From: Candidatus Latescibacterota bacterium
GTDB taxonomy: Bacteria; Latescibacterota; UBA2968
Direction: 5' to 3'
Assembly (NCBI GenBank): GCA_965208125.1
Contig: OZ242320.1
Location: 736,001 to 800,000, forward strand
Length of the DNA stretch: 64,000 bases
Each line of letters begins with the position of its first letter. The stretch's first letter is position 1. The notes under the pieces were generated by a model. That model was not told the DNA's origin. It ran no database searches and saw nothing but the letters and a program-made list of their open reading frames with translations. Shown piece after piece: positions 17,114 to 27,802 of the stretch. The position numbers and the translations under genes were made by a program.

Positions 17114-19309
17114 TTAATCCGCATTCACACTCACAAAAACCGCGCGTCCCGGCAGCGGATAACCCCAGATATCGGCGATTTGTGCTCCGGTTAAATTCTT
17201 CACCTCCAATCCAATGTGAAATCGCAGCCCCGTATCCACCTTCACACCTGCATTGTGAACATGCCGTGATAATAGCGGACGTCGATTCGCCTGATCGAGA
17301 AAATTGCCATCTTCAAACGCATAATCGTAAAACGCAGTACAGCGTCCCAGACGCATTGTCGCGCGAACAAACAGCGCGTGTGGCGAGCGATTGGGCAAAA
17401 TATTGCCCGTCAAATGGGGGATATTGGACTTATCAGTAGCCTTTTGATACGTGTAATTACCCGACAAATCGACCCGAGAACCAAAGCGTCTCTGCGCGGT
17501 CATTTCGAACCCATACACGCGCGCTTTGCCAATATTAACCGGACGCGACGTAGCCTGTGACGTGTGAACAAACTGGATCAAATCCTCATAGCGATGGTCA
17601 AAAAACGCGCCTTCCAAAGTGGTCGTCCCATCTGCATAACGCAGACCCGCATCCCAGGTCAAACCATATTCTGGCCTGAGATTGACATTGCCGACCACAC
17701 CGCCGCGATCGCCAAAAAGCTCGTAAAAAGAAGGCACGCGAAACACACGCCCCGCATTGGCCTTAAACATCAGATGGGATGCCAGATCAAAACGCACCCC
17801 CGAACGCAGACTGGTAAGACTGCGCGTATTGGCCGAATCGGGCGCGAGCGGCGAAAAATTAAAAGGACTCGCACCGGTAAACGAACTGTATATCCGCCGT
17901 TGCTCCGCGCCAAAAGACCAGATACCGATCTCACCCGGCAGTGAAATATCCACACCCATGCGTGCGGAAAAAACCCACCGCTGACTATCAAACAAATTGG
18001 CAACAGACCGAATGCGCGTCGTGGGGAAATAAGTCTCCTTGTGCAACCCAATCGCAGCGGCGATATCACAGCGCGAAAACAAAACCGTTTGCAAACGACC
18101 CAACCACCCATAAGTGCGCGTGAGATAATCATTATCCTGGCGGCCAATCCCGATTTCGCCATCCAGATCGCGGAACCGCTCTTTGACATGCGTGACATAA
18201 AGCGATTGGCGCATATTTATACCCCGCAAAAGAACGCGATCTTCATAAGCGACTTCCGTCATCGTCTGAAAAGCATCCAAATGTGCATTTTGCGACTGAT
18301 TATTGCCAATACCGGGCATACCCTGATATTTCCAGTACACAGTCTCGTGGACGGATAAAATTCTATCCTCTCCAAAAGCGCGACGCCATTTGCCCAGCAG
18401 ATTAAAAGAGCGATGATCGTTATTCTGACGCCTGCTCCAAACATCGTCACTGTCATTGTATTCAGTCCCATTATCATCGAGAAATCCAAAATCGTTATCG
18501 CTATGTGCATAATCAGCCACAATGAGAAACTCCGACTGTCCAAACCCACCCGCGAACACACCACTCAGCAGCCGCGTATCAAAAGCACCCCACGATCCTC
18601 GAATCCCATGAAACCATCGTCTCTGCGTCCGTCGCGTACGCACATGCACCGTACCACCCAGACCATTGCCGCCAGCACCTGCACCGCGATACACCTCAAT
18701 CTGCCCGACGTGAGCCAAAGGCAAATTGCTGAGATCTACCCCACCACCAAAAGCGGTATTGAGCAAAACGCCATCGAGATAGACCTCAACCTGATCGGCT
18801 GATGAACCGCGCAACGAAAGCGTGCTAAAAGCACCCAACCCACCGAGACGTTTGACGTGTACACCCGTGGCCTCAGCCAATACATCGGGCAACGTCGTCT
18901 CCCTACCCTCAAAACTTTCGCGCGTAATAACCGTCGCATACGCCGGATTCCTGTGAATATCACTCGCCCCTATTGGATCGGCAATCACCGAGAACTCATC
19001 GAGCGGAAGCGTCCTCGGCGACAGCGCAATAAAAACCTCCGTCGTCTCTATCACGCGAACCGTGCGTCGCACCTCATTGTAAGCCACATGTGTCAGGGCA
19101 ATCGTATAAGAACCGGGCATCAAATCGGCAAAAGCAAAGCGTCCATCCCCATCCGTTTGCGTCACAAAATCCGTATTGAGAATGCGAACACGCACACTCG
19201 CGATGGGCGTTCGGGTCTCCGCATCGGTAACGCGACCAACAATCTCCGCTCCCCAAAGCGGCGCATTCGCGTAGAGAATTAAAAAAATTAAAAAACGCAT
19301 CGTTTTCAT
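17114..19309 (-). CDS. btuB: TonB-dependent receptor, probably for cobalamin
   Basis: N-terminal carboxypeptidase-regulatory-like domain; plug motifs LSLRGS..VYLDGV..IEVYRG; C-terminal YPLPGR; riboswitch context. Confidence 0.85.
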   Translation of the reverse strand: MKTMRFLIFLILYANAPLWGAEIVGRVTDAETRTPIASVRVRILNTDFVTQTDGDGRFAFADLMPGSYTIALTHVAYNEVRRTVRVIETTEVFIALSPRTLPLDEFSVIADPIGASDIHRNPAYATVITRESFEGRETTLPDVLAEATGVHVKRLGGLGAFSTLSLRGSSADQVEVYLDGVLLNTAFGGGVDLSNLPLAHVGQIEVYRGAGAGGNGLGGTVHVRTRRTQRRWFHGIRGSWGAFDTRLLSGVFAGGFGQSEFLIVADYAHSDNDFGFLDDNGTEYNDSDDVWSRRQNNDHRSFNLLGKWRRAFGEDRILSVHETVYWKYQGMPGIGNNQSQNAHLDAFQTMTEVAYEDRVLLRGINMRQSLYVTHVKERFRDLDGEIGIGRQDNDYLTRTYGWLGRLQTVLFSRCDIAAAIGLHKETYFPTTRIRSVANLFDSQRWVFSARMGVDISLPGEIGIWSFGAEQRRIYSSFTGASPFNFSPLAPDSANTRSLTSLRSGVRFDLASHLMFKANAGRVFRVPSFYELFGDRGGVVGNVNLRPEYGLTWDAGLRYADGTTTLEGAFFDHRYEDLIQFVHTSQATSRPVNIGKARVYGFEMTAQRRFGSRVDLSGNYTYQKATDKSNIPHLTGNILPNRSPHALFVRATMRLGRCTAFYDYAFEDGNFLDQANRRPLLSRHVHNAGVKVDTGLRFHIGLEVKNLTGAQIADIWGYPLPGRAVFVSVNAD

Positions 19310-19312
19310 AAG

Positions 19313-20419
19313 CTATGGATCGAGCTTTCTATAATACTTGAGTTGATGATCCAACAACAAATCGGGATATAGAATTTTAATAATATCAGCCAACACAACA
19401 TCTGGCTCAATAAGCCCCGTCTCCCAATAATCATTGCCCCCATGCGCGTTGAGCCTTGCATTGGCATTGAAAACATTCCCGGTCTCAAACGCCGTGAATT
19501 TTTTGTACCGCTCGTCCTCGGCGACAACATCGTCTCGAGAGTACCACTCATTTCTCATCGTAATCCAGCAATCCGCATCGTGTGCCTTTTCGTAAACCGT
19601 TTCAAAATCGAGCGCCAAACTCTGTTGTGAATCATCATCTGCCCACAGATAATTTGCACCCGCATCCCTCAGCAACTGTGCGGGATAGGTTTTGCCCCCA
19701 GACATAAACCAGGTCCCGCGCCAGAGAGACCCCACAAAAACAGTGGGACGCTTATCCACCGGCAAATTCTGCGTCAGTGCTCTGTGCGCCTCATACCTCG
19801 CAACAATGCTATCAAATTGAGCCGATGCCAGTTCTTCTTTTTTAAAAAAAGCACCCACAAACTTGATCCACTCCACGCGCCCCAGCAACGAAGGCTCCGC
19901 ATAAGCAGCATTCACCACAACGGGCACACCCGCTTCTTGAAGCGCGACAAGAGCATTATCCTGTGATTGCACGTCTGTCATAACGAGATCGGGTTGAAGC
20001 ACTAAAATTTTTTCCAAATCAATAGCTCTATCTCGCCCAACTTCTGTCAACTTACCCGCTGCAAAGCGCTGGTTGACAGCCTCTGAACTGACGTATTTGA
20101 TATTATCAATTCCAACCAGGCTATGCACCTCACCGAGTTTTTCGATATGTGGCAAATGCGTCGTAGATGTCGCAATCACAGTCCGCACGGGAATTTCTAT
20201 TCTCGGAACGCCTTCATAGCCCTCGGGCGACTCGTGTCCGCGCTGCACCAGGACATACTGAACCTTTTCCCGATCTCCACCCCCGGGCGCGAGCACTGTT
20301 ACAACCCTGTAATCATCGAAATAATCAACGCGAAAACCCTGTGCGTATTGCAAAGACAATTGTGCCTGAACAGGTATGGTCCAAACCCCGATACAACATA
20401 TCATCCATATTTTTAACAC
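19313..20419 (-). CDS. btuF: Cobalamin/iron ABC substrate-binding protein
   Basis: IPVRTVIATSTT; LEKILVLQPDLV; EPSLLGRVEWIK; NDYWETG; first gene after the riboswitch. Confidence 0.85.
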   Translation of the reverse strand: MLKIWMICCIGVWTIPVQAQLSLQYAQGFRVDYFDDYRVVTVLAPGGGDREKVQYVLVQRGHESPEGYEGVPRIEIPVRTVIATSTTHLPHIEKLGEVHSLVGIDNIKYVSSEAVNQRFAAGKLTEVGRDRAIDLEKILVLQPDLVMTDVQSQDNALVALQEAGVPVVVNAAYAEPSLLGRVEWIKFVGAFFKKEELASAQFDSIVARYEAHRALTQNLPVDKRPTVFVGSLWRGTWFMSGGKTYPAQLLRDAGANYLWADDDSQQSLALDFETVYEKAHDADCWITMRNEWYSRDDVVAEDERYKKFTAFETGNVFNANARLNAHGGNDYWETGLIEPDVVLADIIKILYPDLLLDHQLKYYRKLDP

Positions 20420-20445
20420 AACGCCTACACCTCCTGCTTTTAGCT

Positions 20446-20481
20446 AAAAAAAATCCCCGACTTCCTTGCGGAAATCAGGGA
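20446..20481 (-). terminator. Intrinsic terminator, likely the riboswitch expression platform
   Basis: TCCCTGATTTCC-GCAA-GGAAGTCGGGGA followed by a T-run, between the aptamer and btuF. Confidence 0.75.
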
Positions 20482-20567
20482 CATATCGATACGCGACAAA
20501 ACCACATACAAAGCGCACGCATTATCTCACCTCTTTCCCAATCCACGAGGAAATCAACAAGGTCTGA

Positions 20568-20714
20568 GATTCAGGCAGGTTTTCTGGCTTCTGGGTCTCG
20601 TGCCTCTTGCGCCTTCCCGGTTTTTACCAGTGGCATAATGCGAGAAACATCCCCAGTTACAGCGGCGGGACCGCAACGGAATTTCACCGTTTTCCCTATA
20701 CTGCAACCTGAATC
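20568..20714 (-). ncRNA. Cobalamin riboswitch
   Basis: Minus strand: AGGGAA..CGGTGAAATTCCG..GCGGTCCCGCCGCTGTAA...CCACTGG...CCGGGAAGGC...AGCCAGAAAACCTGCC; closing GATTCAGG/CCTGAATC stem; upstream of B12 genes. Confidence 0.95.
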
Positions 20715-20738
20715 CGAGAGTATAAATTTAATTTTTTA

Positions 20739-20981
20739 CTATAACGTAACTTCCTCCACTGAAAGACCGCGATCTTTGAGATACGGTAAAAGACCTTTTT
20801 TATTCACCGTTCGCAGTGCGCGGGCAGAAAGTTTGATACGCACAAAGCGCCCCAGTTCGGGAACGTAAATGCGCTTGCTCTTCAAATTGGGTTTCTGCAC
20901 CCGCTTGACTCTTCGTTTGGAGTGGGACACATGATTGCCACTCAGCGGTCCCCTACCCGTAATACTACAACGTCTGGCCAT
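20739..20981 (-). CDS. rpmB: 50S ribosomal protein L28
   Basis: MARRCSITGR...GNHVSHS..R.KR.QKPNL. Confidence 0.95.
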   Translation of the reverse strand: MARRCSITGRGPLSGNHVSHSKRRVKRVQKPNLKSKRIYVPELGRFVRIKLSARALRTVNKKGLLPYLKDRGLSVEEVTL

Positions 20982-21005
20982 GGAAAAATCCTCTTATATT
21001 TATCG

Positions 21006-21170
21006 CTATCTATCTTCCCGATAAAGCACATGCTTCCGCAGTATGGGATCGAACTTCTTCAATTCGAGACGATCGGGATGATTCTGTCGATTTTTTTCCG
21101 TGTGATAATGGTGCGAACTCTCTGTACTTTTCATTTTAATGAGAATGCGGCTGCCCTGTCGCTTAGCCAT
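21006..21170 (-). CDS. rpmG: 50S ribosomal protein L33 (Cys-free type)
   Basis: [23 protein letters not shown]...[19 protein letters not shown]; RBS GGAGG. Confidence 0.95.
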   Translation of the reverse strand: MAKRQGSRILIKMKSTESSHHYHTEKNRQNHPDRLELKKFDPILRKHVLYREDR

Positions 21171-21227
21171 AGCGTACCTCCAGTATCTTTGTATTATACC
21201 GCCAACACGCGGCAGGCAAGAAATTGG

Positions 21228-21256
21228 AATATACAGTGTTACCACTATAACATCAA
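21228..21256 (-). promoter_or_regulatory. rpmG-rpmB promoter with palindrome in the spacer
   Basis: TTGATG, 17 nt, TATATT; inverted repeat TGTTA-N6-TAACA at 21237-21252. Confidence 0.5.
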
Positions 21257-21354
21257 GAATTTTGTATTACACAGCCAAATTCCGATTGGCAAAAACAGGT
21301 CCTATTCGCTATCATAGAGTCTGTGTTCCCAAACCCCCACCAAAGGAGAGAACA

Positions 21355-21705
21355 ATGGCCGAAGAAACGATCTTTAGCAAAATTATTCGACGCGAAATCA
21401 ACGCAGACATCGTTTATCAAGACGACCTGGTAACCGCTTTTAGAGACATTAATCCCCAGGCACCCACCCACGTATTGATCGTGCCGAATAAATTGATCCC
21501 AACAATCAATGACATAACAAAAGAAGACGAACCCGCACTCGGACGCATGATAACCGTCGCGGCAAAAATCGCAGCAGAAGAGGGCATTTCAGAAAACGGG
21601 TATCGCCTCATCATCAACTGCAACCGCGACGGAGGCCAGGAAGTGTATCACATCCACCTGCATCTGATCGGCGGACGACCTCTGGGCAGGATGTTGGCGA
21701 GATAA
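21355..21705 (+). CDS. hinT: Histidine triad nucleotide-binding protein
   Basis: ETIFSKII; [11 protein letters not shown]; [14 protein letters not shown]. Confidence 0.93.
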   Translation: MAEETIFSKIIRREINADIVYQDDLVTAFRDINPQAPTHVLIVPNKLIPTINDITKEDEPALGRMITVAAKIAAEEGISENGYRLIINCNRDGGQEVYHIHLHLIGGRPLGRMLAR

Positions 21706-21709
21706 ACGA

Positions 21710-21985
21710 TCATTGATCAGAGGGTGGGGGAACCGGATCGTACCCACCTTTGGCAAACGGACGACAGCGCAAAATACGTCGTATCACAAGAGAAAGAGCA
21801 TACGCGAAGGAATGCTGGCGAAAAGCCTCAAGCGCGTAATGCGAACATGTGGGATGATAGCGGCAAGGACTGGGCGCAATGGCAAAAAAGCGCATCAGAG
21901 GCGACAGCACATATTGATAACCCTTGATAAGCACACACGCGGTGGTGGAAAACATTCTATCGACAATTTTTATAGGATTGACCAT
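21710..21985 (-). CDS. yidD: Membrane protein insertion efficiency factor
   Basis: [32 protein letters not shown]. Confidence 0.92.
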   Translation of the reverse strand: MVNPIKIVDRMFSTTACVLIKGYQYVLSPLMRFFAIAPSPCRYHPTCSHYALEAFRQHSFAYALSLVIRRILRCRPFAKGGYDPVPPPSDQ

Positions 21986-22043
21986 TTTGCATTTTGAGGT
22001 ATATTAGGCCGAACTTTTTTAAATTTCCGCCACGGAGAACTGA

Positions 22044-22889
22044 ATGAACCTACCAGACATACAAAACTCACATGACAAACGCGGCATTGAAATCGACCAG
22101 GTCGGTGTTTCCAATGTGCGCTATCCATTGACCTTGCCGCTGCGCGATAACGGCGAATTTCACACAGTGGCCAATCTATCCATGACCGTGAGCTTGCCCC
22201 ACCATCAAAAAGGCACCCACATGTCGCGGTTTATGATTGCACTGAACGAGCAACACAAGCACTTTACACCTGATAGCGTACACATCGTACTTGAAGAAAT
22301 GCTCGAATTATTGGAAGCCGAAGAAGCGTTTCTCAGCATGGCATTTCCCATTTTTTTAACGCGCAAAGCACCTATCACGGGCATTGAAGGCATGCTGGAC
22401 TACAACTGTGAATTCAGAGCAATGTTGACAAATGAAGGCCTGCAAGACAAGCTAATCGGCGTGCGCGCCAACGTGGCAAGCCTCTGCCCGTGTAGCAAAG
22501 AAATCAGCGACTACGGCGCGCACAATCAACGTTCCGAAATCACAATGGATGTGCGGCCTTATGAGGATGAATTTATCTGGTTTGAAGATTTGATCGACAT
22601 TGGCGAATACCATGCGTCGTGTCAACTCTATCCCATTTTGAAAAGAACAGATGAAAAATACGTAACCGAGCGCGCATATAACAACCCCAAATTTGTCGAA
22701 GACATCGTACGCGATGTGGCGACAGACTTACTGGCAATGATGGACGAAGAGCGCATCGCGTGGTTTTACGTATCGAGCAACAATTACGAAAGCATCCACA
22801 ACCACGATGCTTATGCCAAAATTGAGCGCGGCGTGCGCGGTCCGTTATTGACGCACCGCAAAGAAGCGGAAAATGCGCTGATGGTCTAA
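22044..22889 (+). CDS. folE2: GTP cyclohydrolase IB
   Basis: KGTHMSRF; SLCPCSKEIS.YGAHNQRS; NPKFVED; ESIHNHDA. Confidence 0.95.
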   Translation: MNLPDIQNSHDKRGIEIDQVGVSNVRYPLTLPLRDNGEFHTVANLSMTVSLPHHQKGTHMSRFMIALNEQHKHFTPDSVHIVLEEMLELLEAEEAFLSMAFPIFLTRKAPITGIEGMLDYNCEFRAMLTNEGLQDKLIGVRANVASLCPCSKEISDYGAHNQRSEITMDVRPYEDEFIWFEDLIDIGEYHASCQLYPILKRTDEKYVTERAYNNPKFVEDIVRDVATDLLAMMDEERIAWFYVSSNNYESIHNHDAYAKIERGVRGPLLTHRKEAENALMV

Positions 22890-22909
22890 AAAATTATTAA
22901 ATTTTCAAC

Positions 22910-22950
22910 AAAAAAAGGGCCTGTGAGTTTTCCTCATAGGCCCTTTTTAT
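22910..22950. terminator. Bidirectional terminator between folE2 and sufE
   Basis: AAAAAGGGCCTGTGAG-loop-CTCATAGGCCCTTTTT. Confidence 0.85.
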
Positions 22951-22961
22951 TATTCATCACC

Positions 22962-23381
22962 CTATGCCGCTGTGGCAAGCGCGAGTTCGTGAATGCGCTT
23001 GACCATAGAAGCAAAGCCATTGGCGCGATTGATACTGAGGTGTTTGGCGAGATCGAGCTTTTGAAAAATGCTGCGAATATCAGCCGTGAGAATTTCCCGA
23101 GCGGTCTTGCCCGAATACAGCGACAACAAAATAGCGACCAACCCCTTGACGATCTGCGCATCGCTATCTGCGCGAAATTCGATCACAGGGGGATCGCCAT
23201 CTCGAACATCGGTCACGAGCCACACCTGGCTTACACATCCCCGCACCAGATTGTCATCAACCTTGTATTCCTCATCAAAAGGCGGCAACTTGCGACCGAG
23301 TTCAATAATATACCGGTAGCGATCTTCCCAATCCGTGAGGACATCAAAATTTTGCATAATGCGATCAATCGTAATATCCAT
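22962..23381 (-). CDS. sufE: SufE-family sulfur acceptor
   Basis: WEDRYRYIIELG; VRGCVSQVW; ADSDAQIVKG; R.NG. Confidence 0.93.
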   Translation of the reverse strand: MDITIDRIMQNFDVLTDWEDRYRYIIELGRKLPPFDEEYKVDDNLVRGCVSQVWLVTDVRDGDPPVIEFRADSDAQIVKGLVAILLSLYSGKTAREILTADIRSIFQKLDLAKHLSINRANGFASMVKRIHELALATAA

Positions 23382-23389
23382 AAAAAATC

Positions 23390-24361
23390 TCACCTTACCA
23401 CCCGCGCAATATCGCGCGCAAAATAGGTCAGAATAAGATCTGCACCCGCGCGTTTAATACTCACCAGAACCTCGTCTCGCACCCGGACTTCATCCAGCCA
23501 GCCATTTGCGAAAGCAGCTTTGAGCATCGCAAACTCGCCGCTGACATTGTACGCGGCAACCGGCACGCCAAACTCTGTTTTCACCCGGTAAATAATATCC
23601 AGATAGGGCAATGCGGGCTTGATCATAACGATATCTGCGCCCTCCTCAATATCCAGAGCCACCTCGCGCATGGCCTCATCGCCATTTGCCGGATCCATCT
23701 GATAGGATCGGCGATCGCCAAATTGCGGCGCAGACTCTGCCGCTTCTCGAAATGGACCGTAAAAACCCGAGCAGTATTTGGCCGAATATGCCATAATAGG
23801 TATATGGTCAAACCCCTGGGCATCCAGAGCAGAGCGAATAGCCCCAACGCGGCCATCCATCATATCCGAAGGCGCAACCATATCTGCGCCCGCGCGAACA
23901 TGGGAAAGGGATTCCTCGACGAGAAGATCAACCGTTTCATCATTATCCACATCGTTATCCACAATCACACCACAATGCCCGTGATCCGTATATTCGCACA
24001 AACACACATCCGTAATCACATAGAGATCCGGCGTATGTTCTTTAATCGCAGATATAGCACGCTGAATAATACCATCATCGCAATAAGCCCCACTGCCCCG
24101 CGCATCTTTGTGATCGGGAATCCCAAAAAGAATCACCGCAGGAATACCCAGATCGGCAATTTCTCTACACGCCTCAACCGCGATATCTATCGACATCTGA
24201 TGGTTGCCCGGCATAGACCCGATTTCTTTCTTCACACCTCTGCCCGGGCACACAAACAGGGGCATAATCAAATCGTCAACGCGCACGTGATTTTCGCGCA
24301 CCATTCGGCGCGTCGTCTCACTCTGGCGCAAACGGCGCATACGGGTAATCGGAAAAGTCAT
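23390..24361 (-). CDS. hemB: Porphobilinogen synthase (Zn-type)
   Basis: [14 protein letters not shown]; [10 protein letters not shown]; FYGPFRE; [10 protein letters not shown]. Confidence 0.97.
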   Translation of the reverse strand: MTFPITRMRRLRQSETTRRMVRENHVRVDDLIMPLFVCPGRGVKKEIGSMPGNHQMSIDIAVEACREIADLGIPAVILFGIPDHKDARGSGAYCDDGIIQRAISAIKEHTPDLYVITDVCLCEYTDHGHCGVIVDNDVDNDETVDLLVEESLSHVRAGADMVAPSDMMDGRVGAIRSALDAQGFDHIPIMAYSAKYCSGFYGPFREAAESAPQFGDRRSYQMDPANGDEAMREVALDIEEGADIVMIKPALPYLDIIYRVKTEFGVPVAAYNVSGEFAMLKAAFANGWLDEVRVRDEVLVSIKRAGADLILTYFARDIARVVR

Positions 24362-24374
24362 AAAAGTCTTTCTC

Positions 24375-25871
24375 TCACGCCAACTGCTTTATAGCAACCG
24401 TACCTTCCGGCGCAGTGCGAACCTCATAGCCCGCATCAATGAGCTCTTGTCGCAGACGATCGGCAGTATCGTAATCTCTGGACGCGCGAGCCTCATCAAT
24501 CTGTTTGCAAATCGCCTCGCCGGTATCTGTCTCATCCGATGACTCAGTCTCGACATCGGCAATCCCCAGCACACTATTGATCTTGTCAAACACATCCAGC
24601 GCTTCGGACGGGTCATCTACCTCTTGCCCCATCCAGTTATGCACCACAGCAAGCGCTGCACTGATATTGAGATCACTGGACAGAGCACTGAGAAAATCGG
24701 CAACAACGGGATGATCATTGCCGACCTCCGTCGCACTGCCATTCGCCGCCTGAGCAAGTCCCTGTCCAAACTCTTGAAATCTTCGCACGGCATTGGCCGA
24801 ATCACGAACGCCCTTTTGCGTAAAATTCGTCTGCGTGCGATAATGCGTCTTGATGAGTTCGTAACGCAAAACTGAAGGATGAACGGGACGCCCGGTCACC
24901 TCGCCTTCCAGCACATCGCGCACCGTAAAAAAATTGCCCTTACTCTTGGACATCTTCTCGCCTTCAACCATTAAATAGCGCGGGTGAATCCAGTATCTGG
25001 CAAAATGCGAATGCCCCGTCGCACAACACGACTGGGCAATCTCGCATTCGTGGTGCGGAAAAATATTATCCTCGCCCCCCGTGTGAATATCGATAACCTC
25101 GCGCCGCAGCATCTTCATCGCCATAGCCGAACACTCGATATGCCAACCCGGATACCCTTCACCCCACGGAGAGGGCCATTTCATGATGTGAGACGGATCG
25201 GGTTTCCACAAAAAGAAATCAGCGGGATTGCGCTTAATCGCCTGGTGTTCCTCAAGCACGCGCCCACCCGAACCCGCGACAAGTTGATCGAGATCATTGC
25301 CCGACAAACGACCGTACTCGGGAAAAGATTCAACACTAAAATAAACCACACCATCATCGGCAACATAAGCGTGACCCTTATCCAACAGCTTCTGGATCAT
25401 CACCTGTATGGCATCGATATGTTCCGTGGGACGCGGCATATTGCGCGGATAGTCGTGCGCCACTTTAATCCCCAGCAAACGCGCATCTTCGACAAATGCA
25501 TCCGTGAAATATTGCGCCACTTCAAACGGATCATCGGGATTGGAAACCGCATCATCGGGCAACATGCCCAACTTCTTTTCCTCCTTGAGCTTGCGCGCAG
25601 CGACCGCGATTTTGTCCTCGCCAGTCGCATCGGCCACATCGTCGTCCGTCATATGCCCCACATCGGTAATATTCATCACATGGGTAACATTATAACCGGC
25701 CAAATCGAGAAAGCGACGGAGCATATCGGAAAACAAAAAAGACTTAAAATTGCCGATATGGGCAAAATCGTACACCGTTGGACCACAGGAATACATCGCC
25801 ACATTCGGAGGATCGAGCGGCTCAAAAATTTCTTCGCGATTCGTCAGCGTATTGTAAAATCGAATATCCAT
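24375..25871 (-). CDS. cysS: Cysteine--tRNA ligase
   Basis: CGPTVY..AHIGN; PGWHIECS; FPHHE; KMSKS. Confidence 0.97.
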   Translation of the reverse strand: MDIRFYNTLTNREEIFEPLDPPNVAMYSCGPTVYDFAHIGNFKSFLFSDMLRRFLDLAGYNVTHVMNITDVGHMTDDDVADATGEDKIAVAARKLKEEKKLGMLPDDAVSNPDDPFEVAQYFTDAFVEDARLLGIKVAHDYPRNMPRPTEHIDAIQVMIQKLLDKGHAYVADDGVVYFSVESFPEYGRLSGNDLDQLVAGSGGRVLEEHQAIKRNPADFFLWKPDPSHIMKWPSPWGEGYPGWHIECSAMAMKMLRREVIDIHTGGEDNIFPHHECEIAQSCCATGHSHFARYWIHPRYLMVEGEKMSKSKGNFFTVRDVLEGEVTGRPVHPSVLRYELIKTHYRTQTNFTQKGVRDSANAVRRFQEFGQGLAQAANGSATEVGNDHPVVADFLSALSSDLNISAALAVVHNWMGQEVDDPSEALDVFDKINSVLGIADVETESSDETDTGEAICKQIDEARASRDYDTADRLRQELIDAGYEVRTAPEGTVAIKQLA

Positions 25872-25907
25872 AATCGAGTTTAAAAATAAACCGAGGTCAT
25901 AATTTTG

Positions 25908-26654
25908 TCAATGCTGAGGCCTTTTTCGGCGCAGATGGATGAGATAAATCCCTGTAACCGCGAGACCAATACTAACCCATTGATGTACCGTAAGCCCCAT
26001 AAAAACTTCGGGCGTGAGACGCACAAACTCGACAAAAAAGCGGGCAACAGCCATCAAAACGAGATAAAGGCCAAAAATCCTACCGGGTCTGAGACGATCG
26101 CGCAGAGCCAACAGAATCCCGAAAATACAAACCATCTGAATCATCTCGTAAATCGGCGTCGGATGCACAAAATCAAGCGTGGGCACAAGACCATTGGGAT
26201 AAGCCATGCCCCAGGGCAAATCCGTGGGAATCCCATAGCATCCATCGCCCGAAAGCTCACATCCCCCCCGCCCAAAAAAGTACCCCACTACAAGAGCCGG
26301 TGCAATCGCATCCACAGCGGGCCAATCGAGCGCATTATAGCGGCGAAGCCAAAGGAGCACAGTCGCAGCCCCACCCAAAAGTCCGCCATACCAGGCCCAA
26401 CCCACAGAAGAAAAAATCGTACCAAAAGGATCGGCCACAAAAGCGTGGGGATACTCAAAAACGTGAAAAATTTTACTCCCCACAATACCGCCAATCACAG
26501 CGACAAATGCAATGCGATCTGACAGCGAAGGGTCAAGACCCCGACGCCGAAACTCGCGTTTGAGCACCCACGACGCACAAATCAAACCAACCGCGAGCAT
26601 CACGCCATAAACGCCGATGCGAATCGGCCCGTATTCAAAGAGAATTGGAGACAT
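25908..26654 (-). CDS. lgt: Prolipoprotein diacylglyceryl transferase
   Basis: MSPILF..GPI..YGVM; WYGGLLGG; GR.GC; HPTPIYE; RFFVEFVR. Confidence 0.9.
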   Translation of the reverse strand: MSPILFEYGPIRIGVYGVMLAVGLICASWVLKREFRRRGLDPSLSDRIAFVAVIGGIVGSKIFHVFEYPHAFVADPFGTIFSSVGWAWYGGLLGGAATVLLWLRRYNALDWPAVDAIAPALVVGYFFGRGGCELSGDGCYGIPTDLPWGMAYPNGLVPTLDFVHPTPIYEMIQMVCIFGILLALRDRLRPGRIFGLYLVLMAVARFFVEFVRLTPEVFMGLTVHQWVSIGLAVTGIYLIHLRRKRPQH

Positions 26655-26662
26655 AGTATTTG

Positions 26663-27784
26663 TCAGACCGCCTTCTTCTCGAGCAAAAACAAAAACTCCC
26701 GGTTCGGTTCCTCGGCATCCCTCAACCATTCATTCGTCCACTTCATCCCCGCCATCACATTCTTCTTATAATTGAGCGCGACCACATCCACTATCTCACC
26801 ATTGCGCCGCATCACATCGTTCAACCCCCTGGCAGTCGCCCGCCCGCCAGAACTGTACGACAGAATAATCCATCGCGCCCGCGTCGCCGCGATCAAATTC
26901 TCAATCGCCTCAACCGCGATAAAGCGCCCCTCATCACTGCGCCGAAACGCCTCAAAAACAGACGCCGCCACAGTATCCGACGTATCCCTGCGGCGATTGG
27001 CCTTCCCGAAAAGAGCCGGTTTATCGGCGCAAATCACACTCGTCCACAAATGGTAATACGAAGCGTACCGCACCCGCGACGGTGGCATCTTCTCGTTATT
27101 CGATCCATAAGGGGGATCGAAATACGCCAGATCAACGGATATATCGGGAACGAGATCAAAAATATCCCTTTGGAATACCCGATGTTCCCCCGATGAACAA
27201 AAAATATTCGGCGCCTTCAGCACGAGCTTCTTATAAGAGCGAGGCGACCAGTCTTTCAGATAAGAAACAAAATGCCCCAAACTGCTATCCACGCGATCCA
27301 GTGCCAAAATCAGACTCGTAAGCGCCACAGCCTCATCAACCGGATCGAGCTTCAGCGCGTCGATCTCCCCTCGAATCGCATCCAACTTGCGGGTATTGTG
27401 AATCTGCCACGGCTTCTTGCGCCCATCCCGCTGTATCGCACATCCGTCATTGGCATAGCCCCCATAGTGCTCCGTGAACCACCCATCCACAGGCGAAAGC
27501 GCATTGAGATGATCGATAAGCGGCTGATAATTCTCTCGCCTCTTCTTATTCAGCAAATAGCAAGTCCCAAACACCTTCGACCACACCGCAACATCATTGC
27601 AAACAACCGTATAACCCAGCCTCGCGAGCGCCTGCGACACCCTCGTCGTCCCCGAAAACCCATCCAACACCGTCCTTGCATCAACCTTCTTAACCAATTG
27701 CAAAATATGCGGAAGAAGTTTCAACTTTGACCCCGCGTATTTGATCCCCTCTGTGTAGGGCACATCGCAAGTGACTCGCATCAT
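26663..27784 (-). CDS. DNA adenine methyltransferase (D12 class), orphan
   Basis: KYAGSKLKL; DGFSGT; YFDPPY; LSYS; no adjacent endonuclease. Confidence 0.88.
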   Translation of the reverse strand: MMRVTCDVPYTEGIKYAGSKLKLLPHILQLVKKVDARTVLDGFSGTTRVSQALARLGYTVVCNDVAVWSKVFGTCYLLNKKRRENYQPLIDHLNALSPVDGWFTEHYGGYANDGCAIQRDGRKKPWQIHNTRKLDAIRGEIDALKLDPVDEAVALTSLILALDRVDSSLGHFVSYLKDWSPRSYKKLVLKAPNIFCSSGEHRVFQRDIFDLVPDISVDLAYFDPPYGSNNEKMPPSRVRYASYYHLWTSVICADKPALFGKANRRRDTSDTVAASVFEAFRRSDEGRFIAVEAIENLIAATRARWIILSYSSGGRATARGLNDVMRRNGEIVDVVALNYKKNVMAGMKWTNEWLRDAEEPNREFLFLLEKKAV

Positions 27785-27802
27785 GCTTTATCCCCACAAA
27801 AT

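Noticed and set aside
20167-20868. 233-aa plus-strand ORF across the riboswitch
   Set aside because: It is antisense to btuF, the riboswitch and rpmB; shadow ORF
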